From: Candidatus Binatia bacterium
Lineage (GTDB): Bacteria > Desulfobacterota > Binatia > UBA12015
Assembly (NCBI GenBank): GCA_019749875.1
Contig: JAIEPK010000479.1
Coordinates: 7,184-71,183, forward strand
DNA: 64,000 bases
Reading direction: 5' to 3'
The notes under the pieces were generated by a model. The model was not told the origin of the DNA. It was given only the letters and a program-made list of their open reading frames with translations, and ran no database searches. The first letter of the stretch is position 1, and each line of letters begins with the position of its first letter. Positions 31,221-41,411 of this stretch are shown piece after piece. A program made the translations under genes and the position numbers.

Positions 31221-33089
31221 TCAGGCGTCCACGCTCACATCGGCCTCGGACTTGGCCTGGCACGCGAGGATCCAACCACCGGTCTTCTCGGACGAGCTCA
31301 GGCCATCGTCCACCGCCATCGAGACGTGTCCCTCCAGCAGGCGGACCTTGCACGCCCCGCAGAAGCCCTGACGGCAGGAATAGTCGATGGCAACTTCGAT
31401 CTCGTCAGCGACCTCGAGGATCGTACGCTCGGGCGGAAGCGGCGCCTTCTTCTCGGACCGAGCGAAGGTGCACGTTGCGGCGCTGGGCACACCCGAAGGC
31501 GCAGGAACGAGCGGGGCCTCCTTGACCTCGGGGCTCAAGAAGAGCTCCATCTTGACGGCGTCGGAAGGGACCCCGAGCTCTGCGAGCGCGGCTTTCATCG
31601 CATCCATCATGGGAGGAGGGCCGCACACGTGAACGCGTCGTGCCGCGAGCTCCGGTATAGTGGCCTGGAGGAGCTCGCGCGTGATTCGCCCGCGCGCTCC
31701 CGTCCAACCTTGTGAAGGCTCGGCAGTCAGAGAAATCGTCACATGCAGGTTCGGATGACGCTTTGCGAGATAATCCAGCTCCTCGCGAAAGATCACTTCG
31801 TCGAGCTGCGAAGTGCCGTAGACGAGATAGATGTCGCCGGCCCAGCTCTGGTCCGTCAGAAACCGGATCGAGCTCATGAGTGGCGTGATCCCCACGCCAC
31901 CGGCGATCATCACGACGCTCGACGCCTCACGGCCGCGGAAGGTGAAGCGGCCGAATGGGCCGGCCACGTCGATCGTGTCCCCGACTTGCATTCGCTCGTG
32001 CAGCACAGCCGAGACGGCCCCGCCGGTCACATGCCGCACCGTGATCTCACACCAGCCCTGACAGCACGGCGAGGATGCGATCGAGTACGAGCGCTTGACC
32101 TGTCGGCCGTCGACCGCAACACGGACCGCAAGGAACTGTCCCGGCTCGAACGTGAACGGCAAGTTCTCACCCAGGAGAGGTGCCAGCCGGAACGTCTTCG
32201 TCGTCGGCGTTTCCTGGAAGATGCGCGCGATCCTGAGCTGTCCGGACCACGCGCCGGTCGTCGACGGGACCTGCGTGACGACCGGTTCATGCGCCTGCGC
32301 TGCGACCGCCCGGCCCGTTGTCGCCGCGGTCTCCGGTGTCACGACCGGGCCGCGACGACCGACTGCCGGGGCCAGGCGATCGGCAAGCTCGCGAGCTCGG
32401 CGAATCCGCGCCATCTGGACGGCGCCCAGAATTGCCGCGCATCCCCCCAGCACGAGCATCGCGAAGTAGTGAAAGCCGGATGCCCTCGTCCGCTGCTCCC
32501 CCTCGTACGGGGTCACCGGCAAGTGCATCTCGCGCTTGAACCAGCGCAGTGCGACGTTCCGCGGCGACTGGCCCTCGACCAGTGCGCGCTCGGCAGCCAG
32601 ACCGCTGTCGAATTCGGCAAGCCCCTGGCCGATTCCTTCGGTGGCCTGCTGCATGGCCGCGTAGTCGTGCCGCTCTGCCGCAGACGCGAGGGCGGCGACC
32701 GCGCTCGAGACTCGATCCAGGCCGCTGCTCATGCGTCCGCGCGCGCGCGCTGCGACCTCTTGCCTCTGCTCGGGTGGCAGATCGGGAAGCTCCATCAGGG
32801 CGGGATAGAGCTCCTTCTGCGGCGGGCGACCGTGCGACTCCATCATCCGCCCCATGTCGCCCATCATGTCCTTCGCGCCGGGATCGGGAGCCGGCCCAGC
32901 CCCGCCCGCGGCATGGTGCTGTGCATGGGCATCGCTGGTCGTCGCCTGTGCGGAGCTCGGGACCGGAAGCACGACGGTGACGCACAACGCACAAGTCAGC
33001 GCTGCGGCGGCTGCATGGATGACGCGATTCTCGATCGATCGGCGAGGTCGGGGCGCCGCGTCCGGGTCAAACATAGGCGTTTGCCGCAT
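31221..33089 (-). CDS. Membrane-anchored FAD/NAD(P)-binding oxidoreductase with C-terminal 2Fe-2S ferredoxin domain
   Basis: FAD motif RSYSIAS, NAD-binding GGVGITP, 2Fe-2S ferredoxin cysteines CRQGFCGACK. N-terminal signal/TM and a Met/His-rich segment MMGDMGRMMESHG. Confidence 0.75.
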   Translation of the reverse strand: MRQTPMFDPDAAPRPRRSIENRVIHAAAAALTCALCVTVVLPVPSSAQATTSDAHAQHHAAGGAGPAPDPGAKDMMGDMGRMMESHGRPPQKELYPALMELPDLPPEQRQEVAARARGRMSSGLDRVSSAVAALASAAERHDYAAMQQATEGIGQGLAEFDSGLAAERALVEGQSPRNVALRWFKREMHLPVTPYEGEQRTRASGFHYFAMLVLGGCAAILGAVQMARIRRARELADRLAPAVGRRGPVVTPETAATTGRAVAAQAHEPVVTQVPSTTGAWSGQLRIARIFQETPTTKTFRLAPLLGENLPFTFEPGQFLAVRVAVDGRQVKRSYSIASSPCCQGWCEITVRHVTGGAVSAVLHERMQVGDTIDVAGPFGRFTFRGREASSVVMIAGGVGITPLMSSIRFLTDQSWAGDIYLVYGTSQLDEVIFREELDYLAKRHPNLHVTISLTAEPSQGWTGARGRITRELLQATIPELAARRVHVCGPPPMMDAMKAALAELGVPSDAVKMELFLSPEVKEAPLVPAPSGVPSAATCTFARSEKKAPLPPERTILEVADEIEVAIDYSCRQGFCGACKVRLLEGHVSMAVDDGLSSSEKTGGWILACQAKSEADVSVDA

Positions 33090-34959
33090 ACTGCTGGACC
33101 ATCCGATGCGTATTGAAGAACGACGCGTTGAAGGCGATCGTCCTTCGCATCACGTCGATCCACCCGTCGCGGTCATCATAGTACAGCGGCACGATGACGT
33201 CGGTGAGCTTCTCGTAGAGTCGGGATGCGTCCGCTCGGTTGGCCTCGTCCGCGGGCACCGACCCGTCATCCAGATCCTCCCCGATTGACCAGCCCGTCAC
33301 CCCTTCCATGTGGCCCTCGATCCACCAGCCGTCGAGGACGCTCAGGCTCGGAATGCCATTGTGCGCCGCCTTCATCCCCGAGGTACCGGACGCCTCGAGC
33401 GGGCGAAGTGGCGTATTGAGCCAGAGGTCCACTCCCGAGGTGAGCAAGCGAGCAAGCTCCAGGTCGTAGTTTTCGAGGTAGACCACCGTTACCCTTCCAG
33501 CGAGTGCCTTCGCAGCTTCGAAGATGCGCCTGATCATCTCCTTGCCGGGCTCGTCCTTCGGGTGTGCCTTGCCAGCGAAGACGAATTGCAGTCGCCCGAC
33601 CTGGCTCGCAATCTCCACGAGCCTCGCCGGATCGAAGAACACGAGATCGGCGCGTTTGTACGCGGTCGCCCGACGAGCGAAGCCGATCGTCAGACAATCA
33701 GGCGCCAGATTCTGCGACGTCGTTCGTCGGATCTCGTGGAGCAGCGCCGTCTTAGCCTCTGCGTGCGCCGACCAGATCTCGTCGCGCGGGATCCTCACCG
33801 CATGGCGCAGCGAAAACGGGTCTCGAGCCCAGCCTGGGACGTAGCGGTCGTACCTCCGCCTGAACGCATCGCACGTCCAAGCGAAGGAGTGGACCCCGTT
33901 CGTAACCGCGTCGATCGCGTAGCCCGGAAAGAGATGCTGGGACACCTCGCCGTGCCGCTTGGCGACGCCGTTCACGAAGTGAGCCAGGTTCAGCGCCAGG
34001 AACGTCATGTTGAGCTGTTCTGATCCCGCGAGCATTCGCAGCTCGTCCAATGGCACGAAATCGCCGAGCACGTCATGGACCAGCTCGTACGAAAAGCGAT
34101 CGTGCCCCGCAGGCACCGGGGTATGCGTCGTGAAAACGCATTGCCGCTTCACCTGCTCGATCGCCTCGGCCAGGGGCGTTTGCTCCTGTCGTTCACGAAG
34201 CAGCTCGAGAGCCAACAGGCTCGCATGCCCTTCGTTCAGGTGAAATCGCTCGAGCCCTCGGTGGCCCAGCGCTCGCAACATGCGGATGCCGCCGACGCCG
34301 AGGACGACCTCCTGCGCCAGACGGTAACGCTCGTCGCCTCCGTAGAGACAGGCCGTGATCGTGCGATCCGATGACGCGTTCTCCTCGACATCGGTATCGA
34401 GCAAGATCAACGGCACCGTGTAACCGCTTGCGCCGCGCACGTCGTATCGCCATGCGCGAACGGCGACCGATCGACGCTCGATCGTGACGTGCACGACCGG
34501 TGCTACAAGCGCCGCAATCTCATCTGCCTTCCATTCGACGGGGTGCTCCCGCTGCTTTCCCGGCTGCTCGATGGTCTGGTCGAAATAGCCCCGCCCGTAC
34601 AGGATGCTGACGCCCACGACCGGAATCTTCAGGTCCGCGAATGATCGGAGCGTGTCTCCGGCGAGCACCCCGAGCCCGCCACTGTAGATCGGCAGACGCG
34701 GGTCTACCGCGACCTCCATCGAGAAGTATGCGATCCTGCGCACCGCCGGGTCCAGCGCCGCGTCTGGCGGACTCGGCGTATGCGCGAAAACGTCCGGCCC
34801 CAGCCGGAACACGTCGGAGCAGTAGGAAGAGCAGAAGAAGAAGTTCCGCCCTTCAAAGACCGACGAGCGAGCGTCCCGCCGGTCGACCGCCATTCCACAG
34901 ACTGGGTCCCGAGCAAGCCCGGAGTTCTCGGCTGCCGTCACCGGTTCTGAATCTTCCAT
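33067..34959 (-). CDS. Alpha-glucan phosphorylase (GT35, small maltodextrin-phosphorylase-type) with N-terminal YHS metal-binding domain
   Basis: N-terminal DPVCGMAVD...FFFCSSYC YHS pattern, then IAYFSMEVAVDPRLPIYSGGLGVLAGD, the alpha-glucan phosphorylase core. Confidence 0.8.
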   Translation of the reverse strand: MEDSEPVTAAENSGLARDPVCGMAVDRRDARSSVFEGRNFFFCSSYCSDVFRLGPDVFAHTPSPPDAALDPAVRRIAYFSMEVAVDPRLPIYSGGLGVLAGDTLRSFADLKIPVVGVSILYGRGYFDQTIEQPGKQREHPVEWKADEIAALVAPVVHVTIERRSVAVRAWRYDVRGASGYTVPLILLDTDVEENASSDRTITACLYGGDERYRLAQEVVLGVGGIRMLRALGHRGLERFHLNEGHASLLALELLRERQEQTPLAEAIEQVKRQCVFTTHTPVPAGHDRFSYELVHDVLGDFVPLDELRMLAGSEQLNMTFLALNLAHFVNGVAKRHGEVSQHLFPGYAIDAVTNGVHSFAWTCDAFRRRYDRYVPGWARDPFSLRHAVRIPRDEIWSAHAEAKTALLHEIRRTTSQNLAPDCLTIGFARRATAYKRADLVFFDPARLVEIASQVGRLQFVFAGKAHPKDEPGKEMIRRIFEAAKALAGRVTVVYLENYDLELARLLTSGVDLWLNTPLRPLEASGTSGMKAAHNGIPSLSVLDGWWIEGHMEGVTGWSIGEDLDDGSVPADEANRADASRLYEKLTDVIVPLYYDDRDGWIDVMRRTIAFNASFFNTHRMVQQYAANAYV

Positions 34960-35047
34960 CGGCCTAGCCTCGCTTCCGCCCGACCACCGTCGGAACGAAC
35001 GCCGCGCTCGTGTTCCGACCTCGCGCCGCGACGCGCACCGGTGGCAA

Positions 35048-35491
35048 CTAAAGCCTCTCGTTCTCCCGAATGAGCCTCGGGCGCGGACCGAATCGGAGCA
35101 GAACGAACACCAACATCGCCGTCGCGAAGGCCATCGTCTTCATGCCGACGCCAACAGCCATCCCGATGGCGGCGGTGACCCAGAGGCTCGCGGCGGTCGT
35201 GAGTCCCTGCACCGACGCGCCTTCGTGGAGAATTGCGCCGGCGCCCAGGAAGCCGATGCCCGTCACCACCTGAGCGGCAATTCGAGCCGGGTCGCCGATC
35301 GAGCCAAAGCCGAATACCGAGATCACCGTGAAAAGCGCTGATCCCAACGCGACCATTCCATGAGTGCGCACACCGGCCGGCTTGCCGACGCGCTCGCGCT
35401 CATAACCTACGAATGCACCGAGACCAGCCGCGAGAGCGAGACGCAGCAGCATGACTGGGTGAAGATCAGACCGCAGCGCATCCATACTCAT
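35048..35491 (-). CDS. MgtC/SapB family membrane protein
   Basis: 147 aa, four TM helices, LAAGLGAFVGYEREREVGKPAGVRTH-type MgtC signature. Confidence 0.75.
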   Translation of the reverse strand: MSMDALRSDLHPVMLLRLALAAGLGAFVGYERERVGKPAGVRTHGMVALGSALFTVISVFGFGSIGDPARIAAQVVTGIGFLGAGAILHEGASVQGLTTAASLWVTAAIGMAVGVGMKTMAFATAMLVFVLLRFGPRPRLIRENERL

Positions 35492-35591
35492 TCGATCACC
35501 CGAAGCACCCTCGCATTCGCCACGATCGGACAGCGCGCACGCCGCCCGCCAACCGTACGATCGATCATCAGCCCGACGCAGTGCTGCGCAC

Positions 35592-38500
35592 TCACGCGCC
35601 TCGCGGGGATCCCCCGCCCTCGAGTGTGGGTTTGACCTCCCAGTGCCACTTCCAGATCGTGAAGATGACGGGATAGATGAGCAACTCGAGAATGAAAGAC
35701 GTGATGACCCCTCCCACCATCGGCGCCGCGATCCGCTTCATGACGTCGGCGCCCGCACCATGGCCCCACATGATCGGCAGCAAACCGAGGAGGATTGCCA
35801 TGACTGTCATCATCTTTGGCCGCACGCGCTGGACCGCGCCCTCCTCGACCGATGCCTCGAGATCCTCCAAGCTGCTCATCCGTCCTTCGCGCACGGACTT
35901 CTCGTACGCGTGATCGAGGTACAGCAGCATCACGACGCCCGTCTCCGCATCGACCCCGGCGAGCGCGATGATTCCGACCCAGACGGCGACGCTCAGGTTG
36001 TAGCCGAGAAGGTAGATCAACCAGAATGCGCCGATCAGCGAGAACGGAACGGCCAGAAGCACGATCACGATCTTCGTCGGATTTCGCGTATTGAAGTACA
36101 GCAGGACGATCACCAGGAGCAGCGTCACCGGAATCACCACGCTCAGGCGATCCTTCGCCCGAAGCATGTATTCGTACTGTCCGCTCCACTCCAGGTAATA
36201 GCCCTCGGGAACCTTCACCATCTCGCCGACGACCCGCTTCGCCTCGTCGACGTAGCCGCCGATGTCGCGGTCGGCCACGTCCACGTACACGTATCCGAGC
36301 AACTGAGCCTGCTCGGTCCGTATCACCGTGGGCCCCGTACTGAGCGAGATCTCAGCGACCTGCTCGATGGGAATCTGGATGCCGCGTGGCGTCGAGATCA
36401 GCGTCCTGCGGATCGCGTCGATGTCACTCCGGTACTCACGCTGATACCGGACGTTGACGGGAAAGCGCTCGCGGCCCTCGATCGTCGTCGTAACGTTGGC
36501 TCCGCCGATGGCCGACTCGATGACCATCTCGACGTCCTTGATCTTGAGGTCGTAACGCGCGATCTGATCTCGCTTGATCTTGAAGTCGACGTAATAGCCA
36601 CCCGTCACACGCTCGGCGAAGACGTTTCGGGTACCGCGCACACTGTTCAGGGCACCCTCGATCTGGGCGCCGATTTCGTTGATCCCATCGAGCTTGGGAC
36701 CGAAGATCTTGATTCCGACAGGCGTGCGAATTCCCGTCGACAACATGTCCACCCGTGCCTTGATGGGCATCGTCCACGCGTTGGCGACGCCCGATACGCG
36801 GACGAGTCGATCGAGCTCACCCTCGAGCTTCTCCGGCGTCATTCCCGATCGCCATTCGGACTCGGGCTTGAGATTGATGACCGTCTCGATCATCTCGAGA
36901 GGTGCGGGATCGGTGGCCGAGACGGAACGACCGGCTTTTCCGAACACCGACTCGACCTCCGGCACGGTCTTGATGAGCTTGTCCTGCACCGCGAGGATCT
37001 GCTGTGCCGTCTGCACCGATGCACCCGGCAGGGTGATCGGCATGTACAGCAAGGTCCCCTCATAGAGCGGCGGCATGAATTCGGAACCCAGCTTCAGGAA
37101 CACCGGGATGGTGCTCGCCATGAGGATGATGGCCGCAATGATCGTGATGGCCCGATGCCGGAGCACGAACCTCACGAACGGGTGGTATGCCCAGATGAGG
37201 AAGCGGTTGATCGGGTTTCGCTCTTCGGGGGTGATCTTGCCGCGGACGAACAGCACCATCAGGAACGGCACGACCAGGACCGACATCAGGGCCGCAAAGC
37301 CCATCGCGAAGGTCTTGGTGAACGCGAGCGGCCGGAACAGCCGGCCTTCCTGCGCCTCGAGCGTGAAGATGGGCAGGAACGAGACCGTGATGATCAAGAG
37401 TGAGAAAAAGAGCGGCCGGCCAACTTCCTGTGCCGCCTCGATGAGAACGTCCCGACGCGGCCGTTCCCCGGTGTCGTGCTCCAGGTGCTTGTGTGCATTC
37501 TCGATCATGATGATCGCCGCGTCGATCATCGCGCCGATCGCGATCGCGATGCCGCCCAGGCTCATGATGTTCGAGCCGAGCCCGATGTACCGCATCGCCA
37601 CGAACGAGAGCAGGATGGAAAGAGGGAGCGTCAGGATCGCGACCAGCGCACTTCGGAAGTGCCACAGGAACACGATGCAGACGAGCGACACGATGATCGC
37701 TTCCTCGACAAGCTTCTCGCGGAGCGTCTCGATCGACCGCTCGATGAGATCGGATCGGTCGTACGTCACGACGACTTCGACACCTTGCGGAAGCGCGGGC
37801 TGAATTCGTTCCTTGATCGCCTTCTTGATGTTCTCGATGACGCTGTAGGTGTCGACTCCGTACCGGATGACGACGATACCGCCCGCCACGTCGCCCTCGC
37901 CGTTGAGCTCGGCTACCCCGCGGCGCATGTCGGGGCCGAGATGAACGCGGCCGACGTCCTTCACCAAGATGGGAGTCCCGTCGGGTTTCGCACCGAGGCC
38001 GATCTGCTCGACGTCGGCGACGCTTTGGATGTAGCCGCGGCCACGCACCATGTACTCGCGCCCCGTCCACTCCACCACGCGACCGCCGACGTCGTTGTTG
38101 CTCTCGCGAACCGCGGACGTGACCGCGTCGATCGGAATCCCGTAGGCAAGAAGCGCCTTCGGGTCGATCTCGATCTGATATTGCTTGACATAGCCCCCGA
38201 CGGGCGCGACTTCGGCCACTCCGCTGATGCTGCGGAGCCAGTACTGTACGTACCAGTCGTTGAGCGTCCGGAGGCGCGACAGATCGTATTGGCCGGTTCG
38301 GTCCACGAGCGCGTACTCGAAGCCCCAACCGACACCCGTGGCATCCGGGCCGAGGACCGGGGTCACTCCGCTCGGAAGGCGCCCCTGGAGCCCGTTCAGG
38401 TACTCGAGCACACGGCTGCGCGCCCAATAGAGGTCGGTTCCATCCTCGAAGATCACGTAGACGAACGACACGTCGAAGTACGAGAAGCCGCGCACCACCT

Positions 38501-38738
38501 TCACGCGTGGAGCCGAGATGAGCGCCGTGACGATCGGATATGTGACCTGATCCTCGATCAGAGGCGGGCTCCGGCCCTCCCACGTCGTGGTGACGATCAC
38601 CTGCACGTCGGACAAGTCGGGGATGGCGTCGATCGGAGTGTTCCGGAGTGCCCAGATGCCGCTTCCGACGATCCCCAGCATCAAGAGGAGGACGACGAAC
38701 GCGTTCCGCCCACTGAAGTCGATGAGCTTCTCGATCAT
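35592..38738 (-). CDS. cusA: Heavy-metal efflux RND transporter, CusA/CzcA family
   Basis: 1049 aa from MIEKLIDFSGRNAF, 12-TM RND architecture. The Cu(I)/Ag(I) HME clade is implied by context. ATG at 38736-38738. Confidence 0.9.
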   Translation of the reverse strand: MIEKLIDFSGRNAFVVLLLMLGIVGSGIWALRNTPIDAIPDLSDVQVIVTTTWEGRSPPLIEDQVTYPIVTALISAPRVKVVRGFSYFDVSFVYVIFEDGTDLYWARSRVLEYLNGLQGRLPSGVTPVLGPDATGVGWGFEYALVDRTGQYDLSRLRTLNDWYVQYWLRSISGVAEVAPVGGYVKQYQIEIDPKALLAYGIPIDAVTSAVRESNNDVGGRVVEWTGREYMVRGRGYIQSVADVEQIGLGAKPDGTPILVKDVGRVHLGPDMRRGVAELNGEGDVAGGIVVIRYGVDTYSVIENIKKAIKERIQPALPQGVEVVVTYDRSDLIERSIETLREKLVEEAIIVSLVCIVFLWHFRSALVAILTLPLSILLSFVAMRYIGLGSNIMSLGGIAIAIGAMIDAAIIMIENAHKHLEHDTGERPRRDVLIEAAQEVGRPLFFSLLIITVSFLPIFTLEAQEGRLFRPLAFTKTFAMGFAALMSVLVVPFLMVLFVRGKITPEERNPINRFLIWAYHPFVRFVLRHRAITIIAAIILMASTIPVFLKLGSEFMPPLYEGTLLYMPITLPGASVQTAQQILAVQDKLIKTVPEVESVFGKAGRSVSATDPAPLEMIETVINLKPESEWRSGMTPEKLEGELDRLVRVSGVANAWTMPIKARVDMLSTGIRTPVGIKIFGPKLDGINEIGAQIEGALNSVRGTRNVFAERVTGGYYVDFKIKRDQIARYDLKIKDVEMVIESAIGGANVTTTIEGRERFPVNVRYQREYRSDIDAIRRTLISTPRGIQIPIEQVAEISLSTGPTVIRTEQAQLLGYVYVDVADRDIGGYVDEAKRVVGEMVKVPEGYYLEWSGQYEYMLRAKDRLSVVIPVTLLLVIVLLYFNTRNPTKIVIVLLAVPFSLIGAFWLIYLLGYNLSVAVWVGIIALAGVDAETGVVMLLYLDHAYEKSVREGRMSSLEDLEASVEEGAVQRVRPKMMTVMAILLGLLPIMWGHGAGADVMKRIAAPMVGGVITSFILELLIYPVIFTIWKWHWEVKPTLEGGGSPRGA

Positions 38739-38748
38739 GCTCGTGCCT

Positions 38749-40095
38749 TCAGTGGGCCGCCGCGCCTTCGTCGTCGGGTCGCACCGTATGCTGCGAGTGA
38801 CCGCGCTCGTCAGCGGGCGCGGCACTGCCGGTGGCTGCCGGGTCGGACACGCCCTCGCCCTTCATCCCGCCGCCGCCCTCGCCCATGTCCATGCCCGGCA
38901 TGCCCATCGACATGGCCTGCATCGCCGCCTTCAGGTTCGTCTCCGAGTCGACGAGGAACAACGCCGACGTGACGACCTGGTCTCCCTCGTGCAGCCCCTC
39001 GATCACGGGATAGACATCGTCGACCGGCTCGCCGAGCGAGACGTCTCGCGGTTCGAAGTAACCGTTGGGACGCGCCAGGATGGCGTAGCGGCGTGCCCCC
39101 GTGTCGATGACCGCCTCGCGAGGCACCGCCAGCGCCTTGCCTCCCGCGCTCGAGATCACCAGCGTCACGTACGTCTCCGGCTTGAACTCGAATCCGGGGT
39201 TCGTGAACTCGGCGCGGAGCTTCACGCGCCTGGTCTGGGGATCGACCTCGGGATAGATGAACGTGATCTTGCCGTGCAGAGTTCGGCTGGTCTGACCGTA
39301 GGGAAACTCGATCTCCACGGTCTGGCCCACCGCGACTCGCCCCATCTCGTACTCGAAGACCTGCCCGATCACCCAGATGGTCGAGAGGTCGGCGAGCTTG
39401 AAGATGGTCATCTCCGGGTTGATGTACTGGCCGGCGAACACGTTGCGCTCGAGCACGACGCCGTCGAACGGAGCCTGCAGCGTCAACGTCTTCTCGACCT
39501 TGCCGGTACGCTCGAGGCGCTTGATCTGGGCTTCGGAGATGTCCCACAGCTCGAGCCGATCGCGTGTCGCGGAGAGCAGCGATCTGGCACCCGCCTGGGG
39601 CTCGGGGAACCTCTCGTCGTACGGCTGTTGCTCCCACGCCTTGAGAGCCAGAAGATATTCCGTCTGGGTGGCCACCAGCGCCGGGCTGTAGAGCGACAGC
39701 AGCGTCTCTCCCTGCCGGACCGCCTTGCCGACGTAGTCGACGAAGACGCGATCCACCCAGCCGGCGATCTTGGTATTGATGTTCGTGACCCGCCTTTCGT
39801 CGTACGCGAGCGTGCCGACGGTTCTGATCGTCGAGTCCAGAGGACGCACCTGGACGGTGGCGGTCCGGACTCCGATCAGTTGCTGCCGCGCCGGCGAAAT
39901 GTAGATGCCCTTCGTTGCCGACGCTTCTGGAGACGTGCGTCCCATGCCTGGCATGTCGGGCGCCGACACATCCCGGGATGCCTCGGTGGGCACCTCAGCG
40001 GCGAGTTTGAATGGCACCTTCCCGGATCGAACGACGACCAGGGTCCCAGCGACGCCCGCCGAGAGCGAGAGCAGCGCAACCGTGCCATAGATCAT
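38749..40095 (-). CDS. cusB: RND efflux periplasmic adaptor (membrane fusion protein), CusB-like, with Met-rich C-terminal tail
   Basis: Membrane-fusion-protein barrel/lipoyl motifs. C-terminus AMSMGMPGMDMGEGGGGMKGEG. Start at MIYGTVALLSL, ATG at 40093-40095. Confidence 0.8.
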   Translation of the reverse strand: MIYGTVALLSLSAGVAGTLVVVRSGKVPFKLAAEVPTEASRDVSAPDMPGMGRTSPEASATKGIYISPARQQLIGVRTATVQVRPLDSTIRTVGTLAYDERRVTNINTKIAGWVDRVFVDYVGKAVRQGETLLSLYSPALVATQTEYLLALKAWEQQPYDERFPEPQAGARSLLSATRDRLELWDISEAQIKRLERTGKVEKTLTLQAPFDGVVLERNVFAGQYINPEMTIFKLADLSTIWVIGQVFEYEMGRVAVGQTVEIEFPYGQTSRTLHGKITFIYPEVDPQTRRVKLRAEFTNPGFEFKPETYVTLVISSAGGKALAVPREAVIDTGARRYAILARPNGYFEPRDVSLGEPVDDVYPVIEGLHEGDQVVTSALFLVDSETNLKAAMQAMSMGMPGMDMGEGGGGMKGEGVSDPAATGSAAPADERGHSQHTVRPDDEGAAAH

Positions 40096-40109
40096 CAGCG
40101 CGCGACCAC

Positions 40110-41411
40110 TCACGGCAGGCGACCTCCTCCCGCCGCTTCTGACAGGATACCGGCTGCCTCCTCGAGGCGGGCGAGAGCCTTCTCGAAGTTTGCGCGCTCC
40201 TCGTAGTAGCGAAGCTGGTACTCGTTCAGCACGGTGAAGCTGTTGAGGACCGTCAGGAAGTCGACGTCTCCGACCTGATAGCCGGCGAGCGCCGACGTCA
40301 GCGAGCGATCGGCTTGCGGAACCACTGCGCTGCCGTACAGGCCGACGAGGCGATCCGCGCTGGTGGCTTGCGCGTGGAATTCCTTGATCTTCGCCAGAAC
40401 GTCCTGGACGGCGCTCTGACGGCCCGCTCTTGCCTCGCCTACCCCGGCCGCCGCCTCGTCGACGCCGAACGTCTGCTTGCGCCAGAAGTACAGCGGAACG
40501 CGGATGCCGGCACCGATCTCCCATTCGGGTACGAGTGCAGCCTTGTTGTAGTAGTCCGCCCGGACGACGAAATCCGGATAGTATTGACGCTCGGCGAGAT
40601 CGAGGCTCGATTCGGCTCGGTCTACATCGTACCGCGCCGCTTCGAGATACGGCGAACGCTCCCGGGCCAACCGCTCGAGGTCATCGAGCGAATACGTCAA
40701 GGACGATTTCTCGATCGGTGCAGGGCTGCCGAGAGCATCGAACGGCGGGCGATTCATCACCGCGTTCAGCTCCGCGGCACGAGCCTGTCGGGCCTGCTCC
40801 AGACTTGTCAACCGACCCAGCAACGTGGACAGCTCCACCTGCGCCCGCAGCACGTCCTGCTGAAGGCCGTTGCCGACCCGGTAGCGCGCCTCCGCAGCGT
40901 GCGTCAGCTTCTCGAGGAGCTGCTTGTTCTTTCCGATGATCTCCAGCGATTTGAACGACACAAAGTAGTCGCTGTAGGCGACGCGCAGACGGGTCAGGAC
41001 GTTCAAGGTTGTCGCGCGATACATGGCTCCCTCGCGATCGGCGACGTGAGTGGCGACCTCCTCCTTGAGCGACAGCTTGCCCGGGAAGGGGATCTCCTGC
41101 TCGATGCCAAAGCGCAGCCATGAGAAGTCGCTGCCCCCTTGCGTGAAGCGATCAAAGCTCTCGTTGTGATAGGCGGTATTGACCATCGGATCGGGCAGCG
41201 ACCCCTCCTGGGACGGACGCGCCTGTGCTGCCCGCCACCGCTGCTCGGCAGATCGTATGTCGGGATTGTTCTCTAATGTGTACGATCGGAGATCGGAAAG
41301 ATTCACCGTTCCGTCGAATCCAGGCCTGTCCTCTGCTCCGGCGACCGGCAGCGATGCCCGGACCGAAAGGACGACGACGAAAGCGATGGCCCTAATGTTG
41401 GACGGCTTCAT
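40110..41411 (-). CDS. cusC: Outer membrane efflux protein, CusC/TolC family
   Basis: Signal MKPSNIRAIAFVVVLSV, then the duplicated TolC coiled-coil/beta repeat pattern. Confidence 0.8.
   Translation of the reverse strand: MKPSNIRAIAFVVVLSVRASLPVAGAEDRPGFDGTVNLSDLRSYTLENNPDIRSAEQRWRAAQARPSQEGSLPDPMVNTAYHNESFDRFTQGGSDFSWLRFGIEQEIPFPGKLSLKEEVATHVADREGAMYRATTLNVLTRLRVAYSDYFVSFKSLEIIGKNKQLLEKLTHAAEARYRVGNGLQQDVLRAQVELSTLLGRLTSLEQARQARAAELNAVMNRPPFDALGSPAPIEKSSLTYSLDDLERLARERSPYLEAARYDVDRAESSLDLAERQYYPDFVVRADYYNKAALVPEWEIGAGIRVPLYFWRKQTFGVDEAAAGVGEARAGRQSAVQDVLAKIKEFHAQATSADRLVGLYGSAVVPQADRSLTSALAGYQVGDVDFLTVLNSFTVLNEYQLRYYEERANFEKALARLEEAAGILSEAAGGGRLP

Noticed and set aside
35643-40206. Long plus-strand ORFs (35643-37403, 37476-38972, 38587-40206) antisense to cusA and cusB
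   Set aside because: These are shadow ORFs. Asp/Arg/His-rich repetitive translations oppose an unmistakable RND transporter and membrane-fusion protein.
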